This document shows positions 56,064 through 64,000 of a stretch of DNA of 64,000 nucleotides, piece after piece. Positions within the stretch are counted from its first letter, which is position 1, and every line of letters starts with the position of its first letter. Made by a program: the position numbers and the translations under genes. Source of the DNA: an uncultured Bacteroidota bacterium (lineage in GTDB: Bacteria; Bacteroidota; Bacteroidia; Flavobacteriales; Flavobacteriaceae); assembly GCA_902519955.1 (NCBI GenBank), contig CABYMF010000001.1:24055-88054 (forward strand). Direction: 5' to 3'. Under the pieces are notes generated by a model. That model was not told where the DNA came from and made no database searches. It saw only the letters and a program-made list of their open reading frames with translations.

Positions 56064-57029
56064 TAAAGTCTCACAGAATAGATTTAATTTTTTCTTAGTA
56101 TCGTCATTTAATTCTAACTTATCAATTAGCATCTCCACTTCATTAAAATAAACTCTAACTTTATTTTTGAGATATTCTAAAGCTCCTGAAGTTTCATAAA
56201 ATGATTTAATAGAATTAATTTTTTTGGACTCTTCAATTTCATTAGAATTAAAAATTTTTTCAAATTCTAATTTCTTTTCTGACTCTAATTTTGAGTTTGT
56301 GAAAAGGTATAATAAGGTTTTCTTCTTTTCTATAATATCCCCCCCTATTTTTTTTCCAAACTTTTCCTGATCCCCAAAGCAATCAAGTAAATCATCTTCT
56401 AGTTGAAAAGCCATACCAAGATTCAATCCTATTTTATATAATAAATCAGTATTTAAATCATTAGCCTCTGCAACAATACCTCCAAACATAAATGAACAGC
56501 CAATGAGAACTGCTGTTTTATTTTTAATCATCTCATAATATTCATTTTCCGTAATGTCATTTTTAGATGCAAAATCCATATCAGCTTGTTGACCTTCACA
56601 AACGAGTCTTGATATTTCAGTAAGTTTTTTTGATAAATGTATATATTTTGAATCTTGATATTGGTTTAAAATCTCGTATGAGATTATAAGCATTACGTCT
56701 CCGGCTAAAATGCCAGTATTATTATCCCATTTTGAATTTATAGTCTTTTTACCTCTTCGCAACATAGAATTATCCATGATATCATCATGTGCCAAAGTGA
56801 AATTGTGAAAAAATTCTAACGCTGCTGCTGCAGGAAGTGTATCAGATATTTTACCCCCTAAAAGTTCAGATACATGTAATGCTATTATTGGTCTTAATCT
56901 TTTACCACCCGATTCTAAAAGATATTTTACAGGCTTGTAAAGGTTTTCCGGTTTATTATATTTTAGTTCTTTTTTTAGGTAATCTTCAAAAATTTTAATG
57001 TATTCAGCCATTATCATAAATTGATTCAA
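56046..57029 (-). CDS. Polyprenyl diphosphate synthase (trans-IPPS, GGPP/FPP synthase-like)
   Basis: First Asp-rich motif LAHDDIMDNSMLRRG and second motif FQLEDDLLD. The start may be M7 at 57011. Confidence 0.85.
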   Translation of the reverse strand: MNQFMIMAEYIKIFEDYLKKELKYNKPENLYKPVKYLLESGGKRLRPIIALHVSELLGGKISDTLPAAAALEFFHNFTLAHDDIMDNSMLRRGKKTINSKWDNNTGILAGDVMLIISYEILNQYQDSKYIHLSKKLTEISRLVCEGQQADMDFASKNDITENEYYEMIKNKTAVLIGCSFMFGGIVAEANDLNTDLLYKIGLNLGMAFQLEDDLLDCFGDQEKFGKKIGGDIIEKKKTLLYLFTNSKLESEKKLEFEKIFNSNEIEESKKINSIKSFYETSGALEYLKNKVRVYFNEVEMLIDKLELNDDTKKKLNLFCETLLNREI

Positions 57030-57119
57030 AAATAAATATACTTTTTAATTTATTGTTAATTTTTTATTAATCATTTGTTTAATTCAATTGTTTAAATTTA
57101 ATTTGCAGTCATTTTAATT

Positions 57120-57728
57120 ATGAAGAAAGAGTATTCTGAAACTGAAAATAAAATTAAAACTGCAGCTAAGTCTCTTTTTTTAAAAAAGGGATACAGTGCT
57201 ACAACTACTCGAGAGATTGCAAAGGAATCTGACATTAACCTAGCGCTGTTAAATTACTACTTCACAAGTAAATGGAAATTATTTGAAATAATAATGTTCG
57301 AGACTCTTTATGATTTCTTAAGTAAAATGGTAGAGGTTTATAATGATGAGAAGACTTCATTAGAAGAAAAAATTAAACTCACTTGTGAAAAATATATAGA
57401 CATGACTATAGCTGAGCCCCTACTTCCAACTTTTGTATTAAATGAACTAAAAAACAATCCTACTTCCTTTTTAAAAATGCCATCAACAAAAATGATAATG
57501 AAGTCAAAGCTTGTTGTACAATATCAAGAAGGAGTTAAAAAAGGAATATATACTAAATTAGAACCAATCCATTTTGTAACAAATATTATGAGCTTAATAG
57601 TTTTTCCATTTATGTGTAGCCCAATATTAAAGAAAATGGAGAAACTTAATACAAAGGAGTTCAACACCCTTATGCTTGAAAGAAAAAAATCAATCCCTAA
57701 ATGGATAATCAAAATGATAAAAAAATGA
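57120..57728 (+). CDS. TetR/AcrR-family transcriptional regulator
   Basis: N-terminal HTH: KGYSATTTREIAKESDINLALLNYYF. Confidence 0.85.
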   Translation: MKKEYSETENKIKTAAKSLFLKKGYSATTTREIAKESDINLALLNYYFTSKWKLFEIIMFETLYDFLSKMVEVYNDEKTSLEEKIKLTCEKYIDMTIAEPLLPTFVLNELKNNPTSFLKMPSTKMIMKSKLVVQYQEGVKKGIYTKLEPIHFVTNIMSLIVFPFMCSPILKKMEKLNTKEFNTLMLERKKSIPKWIIKMIKK

Positions 57729-59050
57729 GAAAACTTTTTTTTATAATACTTATATCAAACATATGTAATTCTCAATCAGAGGTAGTTAGCTTAAGCATTG
57801 AAGATGCTGTAAAATATGGAGTTGAAAATAACAGAAATTTAAAAAATGCGGAGAGAGAAATACAAATGGCATATCAGGAAAGATGGAAAACTATTGCAAT
57901 TGGGTTACCTAACGTCTCACTAGATTTAAACTATTTAAACAACCTAGAGCTCCCAACTTCATTAATTCCTGCCGAATTTTTCGGTGGAAATAAAGGAGAT
58001 TTTTCCGAGATTCAGTTTGGTACAGAACAGACTGCGATTGGTTCTGTTAGAATGGAGCAATTATTATTTGATGGTTCATGGTTAGTCGGTTTAGAATACA
58101 GTAAAATCTTTCTAGCAACATCAGAAAATTTTTATGAAAAAACATTATTGGAAGTTAGAGAGGCTATTGTTAAACTATACAGTCTTGTTGCAACACTCAA
58201 TGAAGGAATTTCTCTTTTAGAAAATAACCTTAAAAACTTCAAAAAAGATCTTAATGAGGTGATTGAACTCTACAAAAATGGGTTTCAAGAGAAAGAGAAT
58301 GTAGAACAAATAAGAATAACGCTTGCTCAAGCAGAGCTTTCTCTTCTCCAGGCAATTAAAACAAGAGACAACCAACTAAATCTTTTAAAATTAGTCTTAG
58401 GTTTAAACATTAATGATGAGTTAGTACTTATAACATCCTTAGACAATTTTATAGGAAATAATGTGGTTTTTGCAAATTCATTTGAAGATTTTGATACGGG
58501 TAAAAATGTTGATATAAAGATTTCACAAAATATGTTTGATACAAAAAGAATTGAATACAAATTGGAAAAATCAAAACAGTTGCCCAAGATTTCTGGTTTT
58601 GTCAGTGGAACATATACTGGGTACAATAATGAATTTAACTTCACTGACAAATCACAAAGTTGGTTTGGTTCCTCAGTAATAGGAGTTAATTTAGAAATTC
58701 CACTATTCAACGCAAATAGGATGAATGTATCATCACAAAAAGCAAAGATTGCCATGGAAAAAGCTAAGTCAAACCTTGAAGAGCAGGAAGAGAGGACTCA
58801 GGCAGAAGTTATACAAAAGCTTAATGACTATCAATTGGCTAACAAGTCTCTTAGTGTTAATGAACAAAATATGAATCTAGCTATCTCAATTGAAGATAAA
58901 AATTCAATAAAATTTTTTGAAGGCTTAGTGTCATCATTTGAACTTAGACAAGCACAAATTCAATTATTAGATTCACAACAAAAATATTTGAATTCTGTGA
59001 TAGAATTGATTTCAATTAAAACTGAATTAGAAACCTTATACAACAATTAA
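57725..59050 (+). CDS. TolC-family outer membrane efflux protein
   Basis: Signal peptide MRKLFFIILISNICNSQ, followed by two coiled-coil/beta repeats. I prefer the ATG at 57725, which overlaps the tetR stop as ATGA, over 57701. Confidence 0.82.
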   Translation: MRKLFFIILISNICNSQSEVVSLSIEDAVKYGVENNRNLKNAEREIQMAYQERWKTIAIGLPNVSLDLNYLNNLELPTSLIPAEFFGGNKGDFSEIQFGTEQTAIGSVRMEQLLFDGSWLVGLEYSKIFLATSENFYEKTLLEVREAIVKLYSLVATLNEGISLLENNLKNFKKDLNEVIELYKNGFQEKENVEQIRITLAQAELSLLQAIKTRDNQLNLLKLVLGLNINDELVLITSLDNFIGNNVVFANSFEDFDTGKNVDIKISQNMFDTKRIEYKLEKSKQLPKISGFVSGTYTGYNNEFNFTDKSQSWFGSSVIGVNLEIPLFNANRMNVSSQKAKIAMEKAKSNLEEQEERTQAEVIQKLNDYQLANKSLSVNEQNMNLAISIEDKNSIKFFEGLVSSFELRQAQIQLLDSQQKYLNSVIELISIKTELETLYNN

Positions 59051-59052
59051 CC

Positions 59053-60216
59053 ATGAATAAAATTTACGCATTATTTCTAGCTACAATAATAATTAGCTGT
59101 GACTCGTCAAGAAATTTATCTATAGAAAGTCTTATAGAAAACAAAGATTTAGATGAATTAAAAAAAAGAAAAAAAGAATATGTAGATCAAATGAACATAA
59201 TGAAAGTTGAACTAAACGAGATAAATAATGGTATTTCCTTTTTGGATGAAAACGAAAGACTTACTCTTGTATCTAAATATGAGATTAAAGAGCAAGAATT
59301 TAACAGTTACATTGAGACTCAAGCAAATCTTAAAACCAGAAAAAATATTCTTATACTTTCTGAGTTTCAAGGTACATTAGAAAGAGTTTTTGTAGAAGAA
59401 GGTCAAAAGGTAACGAAAGGTACTCTGCTAGCTCAAATTAATGACTCTGGTCTTCAAGAACAACTAGACCAATTGGTAATTCAGACAAATTTTGCAAAAG
59501 AAAATTTTGAAAGAGTTCAAAGGCTTTGGGATAACAATATTGGCTCTGAAATGCAATACTTAAAAAGTAAAGCAGATTTTGAAACAAGTCAAAAGGGAGT
59601 TGAACAAATGAGAGACATGCTCTTAAAAACAAAAATTTATGCACCATTTGATGGAACAATAGATGAGATTATATCAAACCCTGGATCTAATCTAATACCG
59701 GGAATAAGTCAAATACTGAGATTAGTAAACCTTGAAAAAGTATATGCGGAGGCTTTTGTGTCTGAGAAATATATTTCTAATGTTAATATTGAAACGGAGG
59801 CATTAGTTAGAATTCCTCTTTTAGATAAAGAAATAAAATCAGTTATTACTCAAACTGGGAACTTTATAAACCCAAATAATAGAACATTCCGCATTGAGGT
59901 GCCTGTTGAAAATCCTGACAATAAAATAAAGCAAAACTTAGACGCAAAGATTAGAATAAACATCTACAAAAAAGATGACGCTTTAGTAGTACCGTTAAGA
60001 ATAATTAGAGAAGATGCTTCTGGAGAAAATTACTTATATATAATGAATGAAGATGTAAAAGAGGGAGTATATATTACTAAAAAAACATATGTAAAACTTG
60101 GTAATAAAAGCAACAAAAATGCTGAGGTGATTGACGGACTTAATGTAGGTGAATTAATTGTTCTTGAAGGTGCTAATATTGTAGAAGACTCTCAAAGAGT
60201 TAAACTAATTAAATAG
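59053..60216 (+). CDS. Efflux RND periplasmic adaptor (membrane fusion protein), lipoprotein
   Basis: Lipobox IIISC. The biotinyl-lipoyl-like segment is G.LERVFVEEGQKVTKGTLLAQI ... IYAPFDGTIDEI. Confidence 0.85.
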   Translation: MNKIYALFLATIIISCDSSRNLSIESLIENKDLDELKKRKKEYVDQMNIMKVELNEINNGISFLDENERLTLVSKYEIKEQEFNSYIETQANLKTRKNILILSEFQGTLERVFVEEGQKVTKGTLLAQINDSGLQEQLDQLVIQTNFAKENFERVQRLWDNNIGSEMQYLKSKADFETSQKGVEQMRDMLLKTKIYAPFDGTIDEIISNPGSNLIPGISQILRLVNLEKVYAEAFVSEKYISNVNIETEALVRIPLLDKEIKSVITQTGNFINPNNRTFRIEVPVENPDNKIKQNLDAKIRINIYKKDDALVVPLRIIREDASGENYLYIMNEDVKEGVYITKKTYVKLGNKSNKNAEVIDGLNVGELIVLEGANIVEDSQRVKLIK

Positions 60217-60217
60217 A

Positions 60218-63200
60218 ATGAATAAAAAAAATAGGGAGTTTTTTCTCTCAAGTTGGGCAATAGAGAATAAAACCATTATATATATTTTGATGGTTATTTT
60301 TCTTATCTCAGGAATTACTGCATACAATACAATGCCAAGAGAACCATTTCCTGAAATAAATACTACAAATGTTTTTGTTGCTACAGTTTTTCCAGGAAAC
60401 AGTGCTGAAGAGATTGAGAAACTAGTCACTAACCCATTAGAAGAGGAAATAAAAGGAGTTAAGGGTCTTGTTGAACTTGAATCAAGCTCATATGAAGGTA
60501 TATCAGTTATAAATGTTGAGTTTGATGATGAGGTATTAATTGAAGTGGCAAGGCAACGAGTAAAGGATTTAGTTGATAATGTCACGGTAAGAGATGACTG
60601 GCCTACTTTTAACAATTCAAAAATTGATCCAAGTGTTACAGAGTTCGACTTTGCTGAAAGATACCCGGTACTAAATATAACTTTACTAGGAGATTATACT
60701 GTTGAAGAGTTAAAAAAATATGCTGAGTATCTTGAACTCAGAATTGAAAGGTTACCTGAAATCAAATCTGTAGAAATTAGAGGACTTCAAGATTTTGAGG
60801 TAGAGATTGCTGTAGATCCTTTTAAGATGAATTCGACCAAAACAAGTTTTACAAATATAATATCATCAATATCTCAAGAAAATGTTACCATTTCAGCTGG
60901 AAATATTGTTTCAGACGGTCAAAGAAGAAATGTTAAAATTGTTGGAGAAATTTCATCTCCTGATGAATTAGAAAATATTATTGTTAATACAAACAAAGGT
61001 CCTGTTTACCTTAAAGATGTTGCTTCTGTTTCATTTAAGGAGAAAGAGGCAACATCATATGTAAGATACTTTGAGAAAAAAACTATAGGCCTCGAAGTTA
61101 TTAAAAGAGGTGGAGAAAATGCGATTTTTGCATCTAATTCAATTAGAGAAATAATTGATGAGGCCAAAGTAAATTTTCTTCCTTCAAATCTTGAGGTAAA
61201 TGTGATTAACGATCAATCTGACTACACTATAAATTCAGTCAATGACTTAATGAATAACCTAATATTTGGGATAATCTTAGTCGTTACTGTTATCACATTC
61301 TTTTTGGGAATCAGAAATGCTCTGTTTGTTGGTTTTGCAATACCAATGTCAATGTTCCTATCATTATTTTTTCTGTCCTTATTTGGTTTTACCCTCAACA
61401 GAATGGTACTATTTGGATTGGTAATGGGACTAGGACTTTTAGTTGATAATGGAATAGTTGTAGTGGATAATATTTACAGACTCATGAAAGAAGAGGGGCT
61501 TTCAAGAATTCAAGCTGCAAAACTTGGAATTGGTGAAGTGGCACTTCCAATAATTGTTTCTACAGCAACAACAATTGCTGCTTTTATTCCACTTGGAACA
61601 TGGCCAGGAATTATAGGAGAGTTTATGATTTATTTCCCAATCACACTTTCTGCAATTCTTGGTTCATCTCTAATTGTAGCAATCTTTTTCAATTCAATGC
61701 TTGTGTCAAATTTCATGTCAGTTGAAGAAAATGAATTTAATAATAAAACCCTTTATAAGGCTACATATTTTTTAGGAAGCATTGGAATTATTTTTCTGAT
61801 TTTTAGTTCAACTAGAATTTTTGGTTCACTATTTCTATTGATAACTATTTTTCTTTGGCTTTATAAAATATTCTTAAAAAAACAGATAGATAAATTCAAG
61901 GATAAAATTTTACCAGTATTAGAAAATAATTATTCAAAATTTTTAGCATATGCATTATCTGGTATCAAGCCTTATATATTTATTTCGGGTACTTTCGGAA
62001 TATTTATCTTCTCTATTTTTTTAATGGGTATTTTCCCTCCTAAAATCGAGTTTTTTCCAGATAATGAGCCCCAACAAATTTTAGTTTCTGTTGAATACCC
62101 TGAAGGAACGGACATATTAAAAACAAATGAGACCTCAAAACTTGTTGAAAATGAAATATACAGCGTCATAAACAACCCAAAGTATCTAGATAAGAACTAT
62201 AATTTTTTAGTTGAATCATCAATTACAAATGTTGGAGATGGAGCATCAGATTCCTCTTTGGGATCAGGGGGAACTCCTCATAAATCTTTAATAACCATGA
62301 CAATGAGGGAATTCAAATATAGAAGAGGGTTATCAAGTGAAGATCTGAGAAAAGAGATACAACTAAATTTGATTGAAAAATTTCCTGGAATTGCAATTTT
62401 AGTTGAGAAAGACTCTCAAGGTCCACCATCTAGTTATCCTGTTAATATTGAGATATACGGTGACGACTACGAGCAACTTATTGAGACTGCTATTTCGATG
62501 AAAAACTTCTTAAATCAGGAAAATATAGAAGGAATTGAACAATTAAAAATAGATGTAACCAAGAGTAAACCTGGTTTAGAATTCTTGGTTGATAAAAAGA
62601 AGGCTGGAGAATTAGGAATTCCTGCTGGCCTTGTAGGTCAAACTATTAGAAATTCAATAATTGGCACCAAAGCTGGAGTCTTTAAACTTGACGGCGAAGA
62701 TTATGAGATTAATGTTAGATTTGAAAATGAGTTTAAAAATGATTTAAGTTCGATACTCAATCAGAACATTATATTTAGAGACCAATCTTCAGGAGTTATT
62801 AAAGAAGTTCCAGTAGCATCTGTTGTTCAAGAAAAAAATACTGCAGCATTTAATGCAATTAAACATATAGATTTACAGAGAGTTGTTACCCTATACTCTT
62901 CAATTTTAGCAGGGTCTAATGCTAATCAAATTGTTAACACAGCAGAAATTGCTTTAAGTGGGTTTGAGACACCTGAAAATATAAGTTTCAAGTTCACTGG
63001 AGAAATTAAGGAACAAGAAGAAAACCAAGAATTTTTATCTTCAGCTCTTTTAACTGCTATCTCTCTTATAATTTTATTATTAGTCTTTCAATTTAATTCT
63101 GTTTCGAAACCATTAATTGTATTAATCTCAATAATATTGAGTTTTACAGGGGTATTTCTTGGGATAGTTATTTTTAATTTAACTTTCAGTATTTTAATGA

Positions 63201-63634
63201 CAATGCTTGGTATAATATCATTAGCTGGAATTGTAGTTAATAACGCTGTTGTATTAATAGACTACACAGATCTACTATTCAAAAGAAAAAAAATTGATTT
63301 AAGTCTCTCCAAAAATGAGTTAATTGACAAAAATTCAGCTCTAGAACTTGTTAAAATAGCAGGAAAGGCCAGACTCAAACCAGTACTATTAACTGCTATT
63401 ACAACAATTTTTGGTTTAGTTCCTCTAGCTGTTGGTCTTAATATTGACTTCTTCACTTTACTATCAGATTTTAATCCAAATATCTATTTAGGAGGCGATA
63501 ATGTAATTTTTTGGGGACCTCTTGCTTGGACTGTTATTTTTGGAATTACATTTGCAACTTTTCTAACCTTAGTAATTGTTCCAACAATGTACTTTTTAAT
63601 ACATCTTGGTCGAATCAAACTAAAAAATATCTAG
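60218..63634 (+). CDS. Efflux RND permease (AcrB/HAE1-like)
   Basis: 1138 aa with the 12-TM, two-large-loop architecture. Conserved segments include GLLVDNGIVVVDNI and AGIVVNNAVVLIDY. Confidence 0.92.
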   Translation: MNKKNREFFLSSWAIENKTIIYILMVIFLISGITAYNTMPREPFPEINTTNVFVATVFPGNSAEEIEKLVTNPLEEEIKGVKGLVELESSSYEGISVINVEFDDEVLIEVARQRVKDLVDNVTVRDDWPTFNNSKIDPSVTEFDFAERYPVLNITLLGDYTVEELKKYAEYLELRIERLPEIKSVEIRGLQDFEVEIAVDPFKMNSTKTSFTNIISSISQENVTISAGNIVSDGQRRNVKIVGEISSPDELENIIVNTNKGPVYLKDVASVSFKEKEATSYVRYFEKKTIGLEVIKRGGENAIFASNSIREIIDEAKVNFLPSNLEVNVINDQSDYTINSVNDLMNNLIFGIILVVTVITFFLGIRNALFVGFAIPMSMFLSLFFLSLFGFTLNRMVLFGLVMGLGLLVDNGIVVVDNIYRLMKEEGLSRIQAAKLGIGEVALPIIVSTATTIAAFIPLGTWPGIIGEFMIYFPITLSAILGSSLIVAIFFNSMLVSNFMSVEENEFNNKTLYKATYFLGSIGIIFLIFSSTRIFGSLFLLITIFLWLYKIFLKKQIDKFKDKILPVLENNYSKFLAYALSGIKPYIFISGTFGIFIFSIFLMGIFPPKIEFFPDNEPQQILVSVEYPEGTDILKTNETSKLVENEIYSVINNPKYLDKNYNFLVESSITNVGDGASDSSLGSGGTPHKSLITMTMREFKYRRGLSSEDLRKEIQLNLIEKFPGIAILVEKDSQGPPSSYPVNIEIYGDDYEQLIETAISMKNFLNQENIEGIEQLKIDVTKSKPGLEFLVDKKKAGELGIPAGLVGQTIRNSIIGTKAGVFKLDGEDYEINVRFENEFKNDLSSILNQNIIFRDQSSGVIKEVPVASVVQEKNTAAFNAIKHIDLQRVVTLYSSILAGSNANQIVNTAEIALSGFETPENISFKFTGEIKEQEENQEFLSSALLTAISLIILLLVFQFNSVSKPLIVLISIILSFTGVFLGIVIFNLTFSILMTMLGIISLAGIVVNNAVVLIDYTDLLFKRKKIDLSLSKNELIDKNSALELVKIAGKARLKPVLLTAITTIFGLVPLAVGLNIDFFTLLSDFNPNIYLGGDNVIFWGPLAWTVIFGITFATFLTLVIVPTMYFLIHLGRIKLKNI

Positions 63635-63655
63635 CTATATTTACATATAATTTAT

Positions 63656-64000
63656 ATGAATCGAACTAACAATTGCGGGGAATTATCTAAAGCTAACATA
63701 AATCAAAATGTAAAACTTTCTGGTTGGGTAAATAGGGTTAGAGAAAAAGGCTTTATTATATGGATAGACTTAAGGGATAGGTATGGTATTACACAATTAG
63801 TATTTGATAAAGATAGATCAAGTGAGGAACTATTTAGTGCAGCCACTAAACTTGGGAGAGAGTTTGTAATTGAGATTGCAGGAACTGTTATACAAAGAAA
63901 AAACATTAATGAAAAAATAAGTACAGGTGAAATAGAAATTCTTGTTTCAAGTCTCAGAGTTTTAAATACATCTTTAGTTCCACCATTTACTCTTGAAAAT
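63656..64000 (+). CDS. aspS: Aspartate--tRNA ligase, N-terminal 115 codons (runs off the right edge)
   Basis: My translation from the ATG at 63656 reads [50 protein letters not shown]..., which is the AspRS OB-fold anticodon-binding domain. Confidence 0.88.
   Translation, partial: MNRTNNCGELSKANINQNVKLSGWVNRVREKGFIIWIDLRDRYGITQLVFDKDRSSEELFSAATKLGREFVIEIAGTVIQRKNINEKISTGEIEILVSSLRVLNTSLVPPFTLEN

Noticed and set aside
57030-57119. Three direct copies of ATTGTT(T)AA and a TTAAATTTAA palindrome upstream of tetR, as a possible TetR operator.
   Set aside because: The motifs are composed almost entirely of A and T in a region that is nearly pure A+T. TetR operators are normally 15-bp or longer palindromes, which I do not see. 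I cannot distinguish this from chance without a background model or orthologue alignment.
58327-60615. Antisense ORFs of 142 aa (58327..58755), 73 aa (59438..59659) and 136 aa (60205..60615) inside the TolC, MFP and RND genes. The same applies to the other short ORF-track entries, which include 1199..1426, 4641..4910, 5637..5891, 8520..8735, 14756..15025, 18321..18551, 21724..21954, 23600..23827, 24042..24230, 24893..25213, 25161..25378, 26815..27066, 30491..30688 and 30830..31012. The remaining entries are 33589..33774, 34545..34808, 37714..37944, 43371..43661, 44742..44963, 45293..45487, 45663..45851, 52334..52612, 53232..53423, 54257..54481, 57524..57712, 61972..62175, 63262..63456 and 63703..63906.
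   Set aside because: All lie within and opposite, or out of frame to, confidently identified genes. None shows a recognisable motif, and their composition is that of shadow frames.
1-64000. A window-wide look for mobile elements, CRISPR arrays, rRNA/tRNA genes, long exact repeats or compositionally foreign islands.
   Set aside because: I saw none by eye. There are no transposase, integrase or phage-like ORFs in the six-frame track, no repeat-spacer periodicity, and intergenic DNA totals only a few percent. An exhaustive repeat or k-mer scan and tRNAscan/Infernal would be needed to exclude small elements formally.

Overview
The window is very AT-rich (about 30% G+C by eye, not computed) and almost entirely coding. 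It looks like a streamlined Bacteroidota genome, most likely a marine Flavobacteriia. Support for that: a MoxR-DUF58-BatA-E operon, an IPExxxVDY-family gene next to pyk, the acpP-fabF / purN-rnhA-pfkB-purF-sod neighbourhood, TAnnTTTG-type -7 boxes, a TetR-TolC-MFP-RND unit and DUF3078/DUF1080 genes. I call about 56 protein genes. Most are housekeeping: dnaE (partial), metG, sod, purF/purN, rnhA, acpP, fabF, pyk, pheS, hflX, lpxH, gmk, nadD, sufBCDSE plus sufT, thiL and aspS (partial). I found no rRNA, tRNA, CRISPR array, transposase, integrase or prophage signature, and no obvious defence island. No single clearly novel system stands out, and the candidates below are ranked honestly. (1) A sugar-oxidation cluster at 35.2-43.2 kb pairs a Tat-exported GMC flavoenzyme and its small hitch-hiker subunit with a lipoprotein azurin instead of the usual cytochrome c. 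It also holds two TIM-barrel enzymes, a Gfo/Idh/MocA oxidoreductase, an MFS permease and a DUF1080 (3-keto-disaccharide-hydrolase family) protein. (2) The eight-gene, translationally coupled MoxR/VWA Bat operon contains an unusually elaborate 523-aa two-TM protein. (3) A 1316-aa helicase-nuclease looks like a single-chain AddA+AddB remnant. (4) DnaE carries an N-terminal epsilon-like exonuclease. (5) The conserved N-terminus of the IPExxxVDY-family gene has no ATG/GTG/TTG start. (6) Six convergent gene pairs overlap at their 3' ends.
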